A DNA stretch of 62,403 nucleotides, counting the filler, from Platydemus manokwari (taxonomy: Eukaryota), in the NCBI GenBank assembly GCA_037951405.1. It is 6 parts of 6 records of this genome, joined end to end, with 100 filler letters (N's around TTAATTAATTAA, not from the genome) between each part and the next. Parts side by side here need not be neighbours in the genome. Positions count along the whole stretch, not along the records: positions 1 to 10,906 come from JBBMOY011069965.1; positions 11,007 to 23,161 come from JBBMOY010283337.1; 4 more parts are not named here. One strand, given 5' to 3'. Shown here piece by piece: positions 1 to 14,433 of this stretch. How positions within the stretch are numbered: position 1 is the first letter of the stretch; each line of letters opens with the position of its first letter. The translations under genes were made by a program, and so were the position numbers. The notes under the pieces were generated by a model. It had not been told where the DNA came from. It worked only from the letters and a program-made list of their open reading frames with translations, and did not search any database.

Positions 1-2505
1 CAGAGTGATTCCAATGATTGGAAAACTGGCAGTAATTGAGAAAACAGGAAACAATGATAAATAATATTGGAAAAAAGCAATATTGGTAATTGGAGGTTGG
101 TTGGGATTATTTGATGGTTCGAAGTTCAATGTAATGAGAGGTTGGAGTTCAAAGAATGTGAAAGTAGATAAGGAAGAAAGAAACAAATAAAAGACGAGAA
201 TAATAACAAAATTTAAAGAAAAAAGAAAGTAGATATTTCTCTTCTTGTTGATAGGCGTAACCAATGATGGCAGAGAGTGATGACACATAAACGAATAAAT
301 ACATGCTCCAATAATATTTGAAGATTTTCCAAAGTCTGCTAATTTGACTTGACCGAATCCATTACCATTAGCCAAATAAATTCCCATGAGAGAAAACATG
401 ATTCCAAATGCAAACCATCTCAGACCAATTGTTATGAATTGAATCATTTTCGTCTTATTCAAATTGAAAAATACGAAAGGACACAAAAGGCTCAAAAATC
501 CAGCCTAAAAGTACAAAATAAATAGCCATTAATAATTCATCGAGTTGTGTTCCATATGAAATATTATAAAATTCTTACCAGGAATATACGATAGCTATTC
601 ATTCGGGAAATACTTGAATTAGGCCAACATAAATAATCAGAATCGATCAGAACGTTTTTCATTCCCGTTCCAGCAGTAGAATTGATTACAGTTTCATTTA
701 ATTTATAATTACTAGCATAAATCGATATTAATTATAATTTATAATTATATTATCTTTCAAAATTATATAATAAGAATATAATTAAAACAAATTCTTACCA
801 CCCAACGTTTCTTATTGTCGTAGCAACAGCAGCTCCATAGATGGCAAGATCCCCATACAGATATATACACATGCTCACATAAAAAAGAGCTACACCAATT
901 TTATTAAAAAATGTTATCGCCATTTGACCCTGATATAGACCGTCATGATAATATATAAATCATTTATAATTTTAATACCATTTCAAACACCTCGGTTATT
1001 TCGAAAAATGAATTCACTGCGGGTATTTTCTGTGTTTCTTCAACACAGATATCATTTGGAGCGATTGAAATATCTTTTAATGGTTTCACATTATCTGATT
1101 CGACACCTAAATGTACAATGATACTGCTAATAATGCCTATTTTTAGTGATAAATATATCAAATCGATGTTTAGTTTCTCGGTTTGTAAATTAAGAAACCT
1201 TGAAAGAATTAACAGCGAACTATGCTACACAATTTTAGTGAATTGCGAAATATAAAAGTGATGTCTTTCAATTTAGAAAGCTCAACTATTTATCAAAAGT
1301 ATTTCCTAAACTTTATTAATAAGCAATTTCTCTTCTGATCTTTCATTTGACACACGAACAGAAACACAGTCCAGTTCGTGTCTCAACAATTTCAAAAGAA
1401 TTGAACTACATCAATCTGACAGATCAATGTCAGTTGATAAAAATTGCTTCAACAAGTTTGGAGCTTAGATTGAAGAATAATTTGTAAATAAGATATTTAA
1501 TTCTTACCGATTTTAACATTTTCATTGATGTTTACTTCTTCTGTCGATTGGGTATTTTCTATCTCTTCATTGTTCTTGTTTTCCTAATAATTCATTGATT
1601 AATCCAATATGATTTAACAGAAATAGTTTTCATCCAGCCTGCCTTAACAGTCCAATCATAAATCATTGCTATGAAACTCCAACGCTCTCATAGAAAGAAA
1701 ACCTGACATCTTTTGACATATTTTCAAAATCTTTATCCACAATCACGGTTTTATCATTTTAATTATTTAATTTTTTCAATTTTATCTTGAATATATTCAA
1801 AGATATTGTTTTAATATTGATTACCGATGTGTCTGTAACTGATTGCGTCATTTTTTCATAACAATGATGATAAGATAATCATATCATATATTTTATCATC
1901 ATTTTTCGTGAAATACATTATTAATTAGATCACAACATGACTTACACAATATTTGCAGAATGATTATGCTAGAAACATTAGATTTTTTAAAATTTACAAT
2001 TCTCCAATCATTATTTGACATGACTGTTTGGAAACAGTTTCAATAATCTAATGAGAATCTCTTTCCCGAATAAATGTATAAATATAGTGTTTTTATAATA
2101 AATAAAGAACACAGTTCTTATAATTAATTCGAAACATATCACACACAAAAATAACACAAAAACTCTTCCACCCACATCTTTTCTTGCCGATAATTTTCTT
2201 ATTCCATTAGCAATGCTCATAGCTTCAATGACATATGTTGAAGTGATGTAACTAGAAATATTTATGAAAATAATCCAAACGTTATTGATATAATTTTTAC
2301 CTCAAAAAAGACAAAGCCGTCAAAACCAAACCACTCAATAATAAACCGCCTTGTTGGAAAGCCTTTGGTAAAGTCAATACACCCGTACCGACAATGAGGT
2401 TGAAGATATAAACACATCCGACCTGAAACAGAAAAATTGATTTGGAAAAATAATCGATAATAATCATTTTACTAATCGAGAATATCCACTTTTATCGATT
2501 GACAT
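1..2505 (-). CDS. TMEM104: TMEM104-family amino-acid-transporter-like membrane protein, copy A (3' end runs off the window start)
   Basis: Phase-consistent GT-AG exons 2505-2473, 2422-2301, 2251-2176, 1583-1508, 1106-979, 929-799, 711-579, 504-1. They translate to MSIDKSGYSRL-VGCVYIFNLIVGTGVLTLPKAF...YVIEAMSIAN...FEITEVFEM-GQMAITFFNKIG...YLYGDLAIYGAAV...YSFMCHHSLPSLVTPI..., matching the TMEM104 motifs FNLIVGTGAL, YLYGDLAIY and YSFMCxHSLPSL. Confidence 0.93.
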
Positions 2506-2949
2506 TTTATAATTGTTATAATGCAAATCCAATATTTATACTAATATTTTCCACTTAATTTAAACGAATTAATTTTGAGAAAAATATTAAAAATCATTTT
2601 ACATTTATCGATTTTTAATTGAAAAGCCTGGTTGATAATTTTAATAAATTTGGATTCGAAAAATAATATTTTGTTGTTTTAATGTTGGATTGAAATTCCA
2701 TCGGAAATTTAAAAGAAAAAATTTTAAAATAAAAATTCAATTTTTTGAGAAATCTACACAAAAATGTGATCAGATCAGCTTATAAATATATTTTGGTGGT
2801 TGTGTTTAACCTATTTATTGAACTGAAACCCGATATTCTGATTTCTTAATTTATTATAATAAACTTTGAGCATTGCTATCTGTGTTTTAATGAATTAAAA
2901 TTTAAGACAATTACATCATTAATTGACTGTGTGTATTTCAATGAAGAGT

Positions 2950-4250
2950 GTTAATCTCCTTTATTGAGACAGTAAGCCATATACTTACATTGACTGTTTT
3001 CCTAATAAAATTTCCTTTGCAACACAACATCCATAACCCACGTGATTCAAATAACTTTTGTTGGTTTTGATATTGTGAGTTTATGATTTATTACAGTTAA
3101 ACAAAAAATGCTTCCCAAGCTTCTGATTTCAATTAAATGAGATCACTTTATGAGTTTGTTACATTCATTAATTTTAATTAATTAAAGACCAAGTTTATTT
3201 TTCTAGTCAAACAAATCCAAACTGGGTTATTCATAAAAATGTATTGATTAGCAGTTAAGTTCATAAATTTGCTCAAACTTTACATTGAAACTTGACAGCA
3301 ATCACATGGTGACATCCTCTAGTTTAAGAGTGCCCATTTACGCTGTATTCTTGTTATAAATTTAGATTTCAAGATATTAATTACCTACTAACCTCTGGCA
3401 CTGTCACTAGGATTATCTTACTGATTTAGTAATGATAATTCCCTGGTGATAATCAATAACGCTTCAACTTTTACAAGGGATAGAAAATATTTCTACTAGA
3501 ATTCCTTCTAAATAATACCAAGTCTTGCTCAGTAATATTTGCGATAATTATATTTGAACAATAAATTCGATTGTTTGGTGATCGTTCAGCTTGGCAAATA
3601 GTTTTTGTGCAAGTGAATTGTTTTTCTTAGTTCATGGCAAAAGTACAATCTGATAATATTAACCGGTGTTTGCTGTAAAATAAAAGAAAAGTAATTCCAA
3701 AATAAAATTAGAAAAGTTTAATCTAGCTTAATGATCAAGAGAAAGATAAATTGATAATTATCCTGTTACAAATGTTTCAGCACTAAAGTACACCAGTTTT
3801 GCACACACAGTAAAATTGTCAACAGTCAGTGTAATGTACATTTTTCTTTATCTATCCAGATCGAGAAATTCTTTGATTTAATTCTTTGACAAATATTCTC
3901 ATTCGCCTCTTTAGTCACCTGCCTTTCTTTCAATCATACAGTTTTCCAGGGACTGCACTCTTTCATCTTAGTCCACATTAGCTATGGATCTATCAACAGC
4001 AACTTTGTGTTGTAACCTTTTTGGGTCGTTTACATAACACTCTCTTTATTCTTCTTGAGTTGAGTTCATAATTTATTCAGCTTATCAAAGTTATTTTAAA
4101 GACTCTCTTGTGGCTCAAAGAATTTTTTTTCCAAATTTATCCAATTTTATCTACATTTATTATCTTTTATTTTAGTAAATTGTATTCCTTCTTGCCTTTT
4201 TATTATCCTACCTCTGAACCCACCTCAACAAAAGGGTAATAAGCACTGAA
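2950..4250 (-). mobile_element. Highly decayed DNA-transposon coding remnant, possibly MULE (SWIM-like motif)
   Basis: Less AT-rich, stop-riddled tract; the minus strand near 3280-3320 reads GCHHVIAVKFQC, resembling the CxHxxAV end of a SWIM finger. No TIRs found. Confidence 0.25.
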
Positions 4251-5044
4251 ATGTGTTTTAAATTGAATTAAAGTCATTTGGAGCATATTAAAATACTTTT
4301 TTATAATAAACTTTTGGTTTTTCTTTACTTGGAACCTTATTGGGCAACTTAGAAATTTTGAATATGTTTGCTTATTGCTTACAAGTATCGAAATTTAAAA
4401 ATATAATAAGTAATGCAAATTAAATTTCTCTAGATGGTGAATACATTAATATTCAATATTTCCATTTCAACAATAGGAACAAACTAATATTTTTATAATT
4501 AAAGCTTATAGATGGGAGTTATTTTAAAAAATATTATGTAAACAGTTAAAAGTATGAAATAAAGCAAATTTACAGATAGTTAATATGTCGTTTAATACTC
4601 CAATTGACGAATATTTAATACATTTTAAACAAACTAAATCGTATAAATTAATGCAGATAATTCAAAGATGCAGTAAAAATACATATAGTAAATCGATCAA
4701 AACAACCTGGTAAACAATTTTTTTTATTTAATATGAAATTCCTGTGTTTTCATAATACTTGAAAGCTTGAAATTAATTATTCATTTATTAATTTAATTTC
4801 AAAATTATCTTAATCTTCTATCTTTAATATCATATTTTCTTTTAATTTCAAAACAGTCTGTTTTTAATTGTTATTAATTATCATAAATATTACAACTAAA
4901 ATATGTGATTATCTATTTTGTTTATACATTTCATTTTATCCTTATTTTTAAGTTGACTCATTTAAATTTTTTAAAAATTGTAACAAATTTTCACATTTCT
5001 TATTTTTATCATATTATTTGTCACAAAAAAAATTACAAATTCCA

Positions 5045-8000
5045 ATGTATAACGTGATAAAAAAGAAAGAAAGTGTAATTGGATATTCTCGTCTGGTAAT
5101 GAATTTACACGGTTTTTCATAATTTAAACCTATACACAACTCTAGGTAGGATGTATTTACGTTTTCAATTTAATTGTTGGTACTGGTGCATTAGCATTAC
5201 CAAATGCTTTTCAACATGCCGGTGTACTGTTAAGTAGCTTAATTCTAATGTTTTTATGCTTTTTAAGGTAGAGGAAAAATATTTACATTCCATGATATAA
5301 ATTTTTTATATGTCTAGTTATGTAACTTCGACCTATGTAATTGAAGCGATGAGTATATCAAATGGATTTGAAAAATTATCGAAATTGAAATATGTAAGTT
5401 TATACAATTATTCCATGACACTTTTAATCATGATGGTATTGATTGTCCGTGCCTTTATAAAAATAGTTTTTATCAAATGGATTCATAATAATTTATTTCG
5501 AGACTAAATGGAGAATATATTAACGTTAAGTTGTGGTATACGCCATATAAACGTAATTATATGTGGAGGGTTTGAACCCCTAAGCATTTTAATGTTATAA
5601 TTTGTTATAATTTATAATGCTGCAAATGTTTCTTAAATAATTTTAATATGCTGATGCAATCTAATATACTTGATTATGAAATAGATAGCGGCATATTCAT
5701 TTAGAATAGCTCTGCGCTTGAATCCTTAGGTTAGAAAATGATAAGCTTTGTTATAATGATGATAAATATAATCGAATTGGAATTCTAACTATGTTGAAAT
5801 GTTAATATAATGATTATAATGTATTGTGGGGGGGGGTTTGGAGCCAGAAACATGTTCATGGATGAGAGAGTTTGAGACTGTTTGTGAAGAGCGAATATGC
5901 GATTATTTGTATTTGTTGAGCCCTCGAATCCTTCAATGGATAAAATACGCAGAAAAAATGAATCTGCTTACAAATACTTGGGAAATTCAAATAGTTAAAC
6001 ATAGTGTTGGGAAATTTAAAATTTATCCCAGGGTTTCGAGCTGTTAATCTTCATCTAATGTTAATTAAAGAGTACCCCACTACAAATGAGTTGTTGTTAT
6101 TGATGACGATGATGGATGAATTGTTTAGTCGCGTCATGTGGGTAAAACAAGTCAAAATCTTACACATTCGGCGTAGCAAAGTAAATCGTATTCAAACAAT
6201 TTAATATCAACATATTAACCATAAAATATGCTTCAAATATTCAAGATATTTTCATACCTTGATGTAAATTCAATTATATGGACTAGCCGCAAATGGCCAA
6301 AACCACCACAGATCAGATGACATCGTTGTCCTTTATGTGGTAGACACTGAATTATCATTACATTTGATCAGATTGAGATTTTGAGTCGTTCAGTCTTTGT
6401 GAGTTTCGTTAAATGTTCTTACGATCAAACATTTTTACATTTGTTGCAAATCTGCTGTTCTTCCCCCAAATGACCATTATTTCCACTTCAATTACATCAT
6501 TTTCATATAATAAGATACAAATAACCTATCTCCTGAAGATCTAAACAAATTTCCTGGCTCCCTTCGCATTGATAAAAAAAACCCAGTATAGACGAATAAG
6601 AATGCAGTGACTCTATGAACGCTTGGCTGACATATCGTTGTGTTAACTTTGTCTAATATTTTTGCTTGAAAATCTGAATTGAAAATCAAAAAGTTTCATA
6701 ATATGTGCTTTTATGGTCTGTAATCACACTGAAATTCTCTGCAGCATCTTTTGGTTTATAGCAGATTTATCTTCTGGTTTGAACTCTCTTTGGAATACTT
6801 GCATTACCATTTGACAGATGTACCCCCCCACTCCTTCACATCACACTATTGTTTTGGAAATTTAATTAATTTTCTGAAAATTAATGTTTGTATTTCAAGA
6901 ATCTTCTCTTAATGCATCAAATAGAAAACATCGATTTATTGTCTAACAGCTTTTTTCAATTCACATTCAATCTTATTTTTTCTGTCACTTTTAGTATACA
7001 TTAACAGAGAACAGAAAATGAACAAAATTTTATCGAACGAGAATAATGGCAAACTAATTCATTTACGTCTGTCACATTTTGTATTCAATTTTATGATATT
7101 TTATGTATCGTTTGGTTTTGGTTTTTTGGGATTTTATCAAATATTAACATTGTAAAAATGAAATTTTGAAATTGTTAATTATCTGAAAATTTGTTTTAAA
7201 TCAAGCATCATAATAATATTTTATTAAATTTTCTTTTTAACCCATTTTTATTTCCAGAAATTCATTTTTTTCTTCAGTTATAGTTTTATTCGTTGGATTG
7301 CTTTTTGTCTGTTTATAGTATTGAATTTTGATTATTCAGTACAGATCTTATCAATATTATGAATCTACAACGAAAATTTTATCCTTTTCAATTTCACACG
7401 CTTTTAAATATTTTCCAAAATTTTTATTTTCAAGTATAGGCAATATATAATCTATTAATTAGAATAAAAACGTTGTATTGGAATAAATTTTATAAATAGC
7501 ATTGCAAACAGCATGTTTTTTTTTTACTTTCAAATGATTATTTAAATATTATTTATTTATTTCAAAAATCCAATAGCCATTACACTATTCCTCCTCCTAA
7601 CCGCCACTTTTAGGGAATTGGAGAAATGTAGCTGTCAAGAGGAGTTTTTTATAAGAAAAATAATAAAGAAGAACAATCGAATAAACTTTTATCTTTTGTC
7701 ATTCAGTTGTCTAGTGTGCAAATACTCTTTTCTTCTTCAAAGCTTTCGAGACTTGATTTTGTCCTTCAGTAGCTTTAAAATCAAACATGTCGGGTTGGTC
7801 GAAGCATTTTTTTATTAATTGAACAGCAGAATAGCATTCCTTTATAGAAATACTTAAAGCGTTATCTGAATATACAGGATAAGATTCAATGTACAGTATT
7901 CCTCTTCCTAAAGGTTACTCCTTGTGGTTATAAGAAGGAATACTGTGCTTCAAAGTTTCAATTTTTTCAACAACAATTAACTTTAAACGACATAAACATT

Positions 8001-9836
8001 TAATATTGAAACAAACGTCATCATGTCAAAAATAAAAATAATTCATTAAATTATTTGTGAAAAAATGTGGTGGTTAACAGAACTGGCAGCTAGGAGGAGT
8101 TTTCTAATATAATTTTTAAACTTCCTAAAAAATTGGCTGTTAGGAAGAGGAGCACTGTATATTAGATGTAGTATTATGCAGTAATATTTAAATAATATTT
8201 TATTATTAAAATAAATATTAAATTATCCATTTACACTAACCCAGGCATGAGTTGAATACGATGTGGAGATCAAGAGTGTTTGCAAATTTTTGTAATGACC
8301 AATAATTCATGTGTGTGATTATCGTGATTAGTTGTTAAAAATAATTTTTCCTAAATCTTTTTCTATACCAACATCGAAAGAATTATCAATTTATATTTTT
8401 AAAAAATCACAATAATCAATATTCTAAGAAATTTAATTTCATTCTTTAAGGCGTTCTTAGACAACCAAAATTTCACTACTGATGTTATCAACGAGGACGT
8501 TACCAAGACTCTTGTGACATATAAAAGGAACTATGGTTTAACAGATGGTAATTTTTCCTGAATTAAATTTTGATTTTCATTCACGTCGTTTTTGTTCATT
8601 TTAATTTTCGTTTTGTTTTAATTAATGAAATTATTATTATAAATTTTGTGCAATTTATGGTTTGTATAAGAATTTGATATTTTTGCATTCATTATTATAA
8701 ACTTAATAATAAACATAATTTTTGTCAATTCAAACATATTTCTCTATGATATGATATATTTTATATGATATGATAATGCAAATAAAAATTTGATAGACTT
8801 TATTGGAAAATTGTATTTTCTAATTTTTGACCCACTTGGACTTAAACTGAGTTATCAACACGGTAGCCTATTAAGTGATTTATTCAATATCTATGAATTA
8901 ATTACTAGTCAAATATTTGTACATCCACATACACTTGAGTTTTAAAAATTTTATAAAAATTTGTAGATATTGAAATTTTTTATGGGGTTTTTATTATGGT
9001 ATTTTAATAGATAAATCATTAAAAAAATATTTACGTTTTTTTCAATTTCTTAATCACTGTAAAAATATCTTTCTTTTTGTTTTATAATCATGTTCATAAT
9101 AGTATTATTTTTAATTGAAAAAGTTATACTGTTATTGTAAGGATTAAAAGGATCTGATGATTGAATAATTGACAATCCAAGCCTGTTTCAAAGTCCTTTT
9201 TATTATCATCGACTTATCCATGTTTGGCATATCTATGATTTCGCATTGATTTTTCATTATCACTCTCTTTTAAATATATTTCTATCAAATATCATCATAT
9301 TATTTACAAATATTAATGATTATTGTTATTATCTATCATTTTTTATATATTCTGATTTAATATTGATTTTTTTTAAAATAATTATTAAATAATTGTAAAA
9401 ATTAATTTCGACTGCCGAATATTATTGAACAAATTAAATCAGCTGATTTTATCCAATAATTTTGTAGATATTAGATTGGATAAAACATTAATCACAAATT
9501 ACATGCAATTCATCCATGTATATTATATACAATTTTTATCTAAGATTTACACAATGACAGTACTTGACTTTAAAATTTGGTGATAAGATTTTGATTTGTT
9601 TTGTTTTCAAACATGAGACCAAATTAATGATATTTTAGAAAATCAATACATTCCATTATTAACAGCTATAATCAGTTCAATGTAAAACATTTTAAATCAT
9701 GATTTAAGATTATTCGATTGGTATTTTGGTAATTTATATGTGTAGTTAATGTTTCTATTGTCTGTTACTTATTAATTTTTATTATTCATTCATTCATTCC
9801 CTGGATTTTTCTTTTTTAATTTTAACATAATTTCTG

Positions 9837-9882
<46 letters not shown>

Positions 9883-10775
9883 GGAATTACAAGTCGATTA
9901 TTGTACACTAAATCAGTGGTTTTCAACCAGGTTTCCGCCAGTACACTCCAGGGGTTCCTCAATTTCTAAATTTCTAAATTAGAACAACGAACAAATAAAC
10001 AACATATTAAATTTAATTTCGAAAATCTATTTCATTATTATTATTATTATTTCATTAATATTATCATTATTTCATTATTATTTGTATTATTTTATTATTA
10101 CTTATTATTTAAATATACTAAATTTAACATAATGAAACTCGCTACATTTTTTGCGTAAGTGTTCCTCGAGCCAGAGGAATGTTTCCGTGGGGTTCCTCTC
10201 CAACCTTGAATATTTTGAACAACTGAATCAATTTATCAATCATATAATATTCCATTATCGACTAAAATATTTTGTCTCGAATAGTTTTTAAAATCAGTAG
10301 AAAAATTATGGAACCGTTATAGAATAGAAAGATGAAATTTTGCATTCTATATTATTTGCACTTTTCGAAGCTAAGTCATTAACTGTAGTAAGTGACACCT
10401 ATTAATGTATAAATATAAAGTAGGATTAAATGGATTAATTGTCATTGTAAACATTTACAGTCCAATTCAAATAATTGATGGAATTATTTATCGGAGAGAA
10501 TTATTTAGAAAATTGATATTATTTTTCTGATAACTTGATTATTAAACTTGTGTGAGTCGTTATTTGGCTTTCGTGAATTAGCAATTCATTTTTCAATATT
10601 TGACATGAATATATGATCCATTAATGAATATTCGTAATGAATATATCGATATTTATTTGTCTTATCAGATGAACACCAACCAAATATGTCACAGTCAAGA
10701 GAAACGCTAATTGAGGAACAAGATGAAACACCCAATAGGAAATCTTATTTCGAAATTGTTGATGTCTTTGAAATG
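5045..10775 (+). CDS. TMEM104: TMEM104 paralog, copy B (5' part; truncated by spacer)
   Basis: Exons 5045-5095, 5146-5267, 5318-5393, 8451-8547, 10669-10775 give MYNVIKKKESVIGYSRL-VGCIYVFNLIVGTGALALPNAFQHAG...YVTSTYVIEAMSISNG...SYFEIVDVFEM. Exon 2 (122 nt), exon 3 (76 nt) and all intron phases equal copy A. Exon 4 is the least certain. Confidence 0.88.
6270..6900 (-). mobile_element. Decayed gag-like zinc-knuckle remnant (retroelement) in intron 3 of TMEM104 copy B
   Basis: Minus-strand fragments QRCHLICGGFGH and GNNGHLGE..ICNKC resemble CCHC knuckles; many stops and frameshifts. Confidence 0.35.
7583..8157 (-). mobile_element. Tigger/pogo-like internally deleted element (MITE)
   Basis: TA|CACTATTCCTCCTCCTAACCGCC ... 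GGCTGTTAGGAAGAGGAGCACTG|TA: imperfect ~23-bp TIRs with TA target duplication. Internal minus-strand FDFKATEG resembles the FKASxGW motif of CENP-B/Tigger HTH domains. Confidence 0.7.
9838..9878. repeat. (TA)n microsatellite
   Basis: Directly visible run. Confidence 0.95.
9914..10225. mobile_element. hAT (Charlie-like) MITE
   Basis: Starts CAGTGGTTTTCAACC, ends TTGAACAACTG, with recurring subterminal GGGGTTCCTC motifs; target duplication not preserved. Confidence 0.55.
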
Positions 10776-10906
10776 GTAATTTTTCGTATATAATTTTTTC
10801 ACAATAACAATGAATGTATATATATATATATATATTGGGTCTATAACTTAATAACCGGAATTTGACACCATATGTAAACACTTGTGTGTGTGCTGTAGCA
10901 AATCAT

Positions 10907-11006
10907 NNNNNNNNNNNNNNNNNNNNNNNNNNNNNNNNNNNNNNNNNNNNTTAATTAATTAANNNNNNNNNNNNNNNNNNNNNNNNNNNNNNNNNNNNNN
11001 NNNNNN
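10907..11006. other. Artificial spacer N44-TTAATTAATTAA-N44
   Basis: Identical 100-bp cassette occurs five times; the 12-mer has stop codons in all six frames. Confidence 0.97.
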
Positions 11007-14000
11007 TAGTTTTGAAAATAAATCTCTAATATTTAAAATAATCAAGAGGCAAATTGGTGTCCCGACTTATGAGTAAAGCTTTATACAAAACATTACTTGT
11101 ATTCTTTATTTTAGGCATAATATTGAAATTAAAATAGTTTTCAGTAAATTTGTAATTAGCTCGATGTAATATTAAAAATCAATATAAACGCGTTCAAAAT
11201 GGTTAACTTAATAAATTTTATATGAAAAAATTGATAATCATATATTTTGACGGGACGGCAGTTCTTGAATTAAAAATCGTTTATATAGATTAAATTAATA
11301 AAAAATAATCTTTATAATATATAACTACCCAGCTTATTTTAAACACTAGAATAATTTACAAATAAATTATTCAGATTATTGTTCAATATATATCAGGAAT
11401 ACTTAAAAACGATTAGGAAAATTAATTAAAATTATTTCAAAAGCTCGTTAATTTATATTCAAGTTAAAAATCAAAATCAGTAATTTTACAGATTTTGGGT
11501 TTATTAATTAAATCTAATCTAATACATGCAATTAGAATGGTTTATATTACCATCTTCTCATCAAAGCATGTCGTAAACTAGGTCGTGGTCGCCGAGCTTG
11601 TAATTTCCATTTTAGAAGACAACCGGTATTAAAAATGAGTTTTAAGTAAACGCCAAATTAAGGATTAGGCTACAATAACAATGATTTTGTGGATTAGAAC
11701 TATATCATTTGCAAAAAATTTTCTTAATAACTAAGAGTCGATTAAGATAATATTTACTTAAACAATAAAAAAATATTTTCATCATATTCTAAGAAAATAG
11801 GTGTAAATCTTTGCTATGTTATCTGAATAATATTGATTGATTTTTTAATTTATATTATCGAAAATCTTATTTAGGAAGCTAACTTGTTCTGTGATAAACA
11901 GCCAATCGGAGACGAGATGATCGAGGATATTATCTCAGTAAGAAGGGATAACTATGGAATATCACACAAGTGGGTATTAAACAATCCCAGGCGTGGAAGA
12001 TCAATTAACCCAATTGAAAAATAAAAATTCAAATCAGAACACATCATAAAATATGCATTTACATTCTGAATTTATACATCTAAATTCATATACTTTCTTA
12101 CTTTACCAACAAAATTTTATGTTTGCAAAACTGTGCTATACAATACTCTTGTGAATAACTTTGTAGATTTTTATTTAAATTATATTATATTCTAAGATAT
12201 ATTATATACAAGGAATTATTGTAAGTGTTCTAAAAGAAAATAACTCCTTGAATTTCATAGAAAATTATATAAATTTCCATAGATGTTAATACAGAAATGC
12301 CTACAAGAAATATAAAGGGCTGATGAAACATAAAATTGCTGCGTAAAAAATTAAAATTTTATAAAACAGAAAATCAAATGTTTCTATATCAGAACAAGCA
12401 ATATATTATTGGGAGGGTAGTAAAAGAGCTATTTATAACAGCCAACTCGAATAACAATTTTGAAAATAATTTCGTTGAGGAAAGCTTAGAGCCAAAATCT
12501 TCCCTTACTAGTAACGAAATCCAACCCTACTAAGCAGTTCGATCAAAATCAAAGAAATCATAGCATTATGTTATGACTTTAATTATAAACAATAGCAATT
12601 ACTTGTGATTATAAAGCTAATTTTGATGTTTTGATGAATATCATATATTTTTATGCTTGCAATAATTAGAATTTTAAATAGTATTGGAAAGAAGAATAAG
12701 AGATGGGAATTGAAGACAACTGTACGAATAGAATATTAACGATTAAACAAGAATAAAATAATAATAAATAGCAAAATTAAAATAAAATTTTAGTATTAAA
12801 ATAGTGAAAAATTAAAAGTACGTAAAATAAGATATTAATTCCATTAATAAAATTAAACCAGAAAAGTAGATGATAATTATTATAAGTTGAGAATAAACAA
12901 GGGTTAAAAGTCACCTACGATATCCCTCGCAAAATATGGAGATAAATACAGAACCGCGCAATAAAAAAATCTCACTATAAGAACTCTGAATAATATAACT
13001 GCGAAGAAGTCATTATTATTCGACTTAGATTTTCCTAATTTTAGTCAAAGTGAGAATTATGTTAATTAATAGTTGCTTTTCAAAAACGTAATTTGTACAA
13101 CTGCCGAAAATTCTTATCCTTCTCTGACCGCATTCAATTACCAAATATTTACTTGACTATTATACCGATTTTGTTTTACTGTTAATTATTTTCGTTCTAA
13201 GTACATCTTAATAACCAGAAATCGCGTTTTAAATTTAAATAACCAATAATCGACTATAAAGAAATTTAATTAAAAGATTTATTATTTTTGAAAGTTCGAA
13301 AGTATTGTAATTATCGTAATCGACAACTGTTGCCAATTCTTCGAAATCATAATCAATCCTAAAGCATTCAGCCTTATATTAGGTATTAACTAACAATGAA
13401 ATCTGAAAATTATAATTTAAACTACAAAAATCAAAGGTTCGAATCGTCAATAAATATAATTAAAATCGCATTACCACACATTAGGGAATTATAACTCAAG
13501 ACGGGATCAGCACCGGAAAGTCGAATACAGAATACAAAACAACCAAAGTACTGGCTGTTGGAAAAATCATACAAAACTCAAAGTACCAAATAAATGTTAC
13601 CGAAAGACTGGTAGTTGCTTGTGAATTTGCAAGAACAGAAAACTCATTACTAAAAATAAATCCAATCGAATTAAGAAAACTAATCGACATATCATAAAAA
13701 GAAAATTTTTACAATTTTCCGAAAAATCTCTCATATAAGTTTAATTATTATATGATAATATCAAAAGCCAACTATGCTAAGATATACTGAAAATATTACA
13801 GAAAATACATTGTAAGAATAAGTTATTAATCGAACAATAAAATAAAACTAATATTCTTTATTTAAAGTAAAACTTTTAATCCTTTTATGAATTAATAATC
13901 ATTTTTGGAAACCTGAGTTAATTTCATTGAACTTTTATTTGATGATTGTTTATTGTAGTTCCAAATCATAATGAAATGGGTCAGTCATTTACATCAGGAA

Positions 14001-14433
14001 GTACGGGCTAATGAACTTCTTAATTTTATTCAGGAAAACTAATGCATTGTTTAAAATGAGCAATCATCGATTTTATAGAAAACTTAATTATTACGAATTG
14101 TTAATTTTGAATATTGTTATGACAATTGTAGCTTTTTACATAAAAAATTGCCGTTTCAGTGATTTTTAAGATGGGTATAAGATTATAATTAACAACTAAG
14201 AGGTTAATTATAAGCGTTTATTTAAACTACCATTTAGATTGATCATTTTGTTAGTAAAGTAATTGCTTTACAGACCTAACAGCGCAAACTTCAAATGAGT
14301 TTTCATTTAGAACTAAACACATGAAGTGGCTATTCTAATGACCAAAACTATGTTAAAGAAAAAATTATTGAAAGATAGAATAGATAAATGACAACCATAA
14401 ATATAGTATAAAATGAAGTGACTAGAAAATAAA

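Noticed and set aside
10951-10962. Regularly spaced TTAATTAATTAA palindromes as a biological repeat
   Set aside because: Always centred in exactly 44+44 Ns; a synthetic linker.
11500-13900. Possible non-LTR retrotransposon remnant
   Set aside because: A-rich and coding-like, but no RT or endonuclease motif could be read with confidence.
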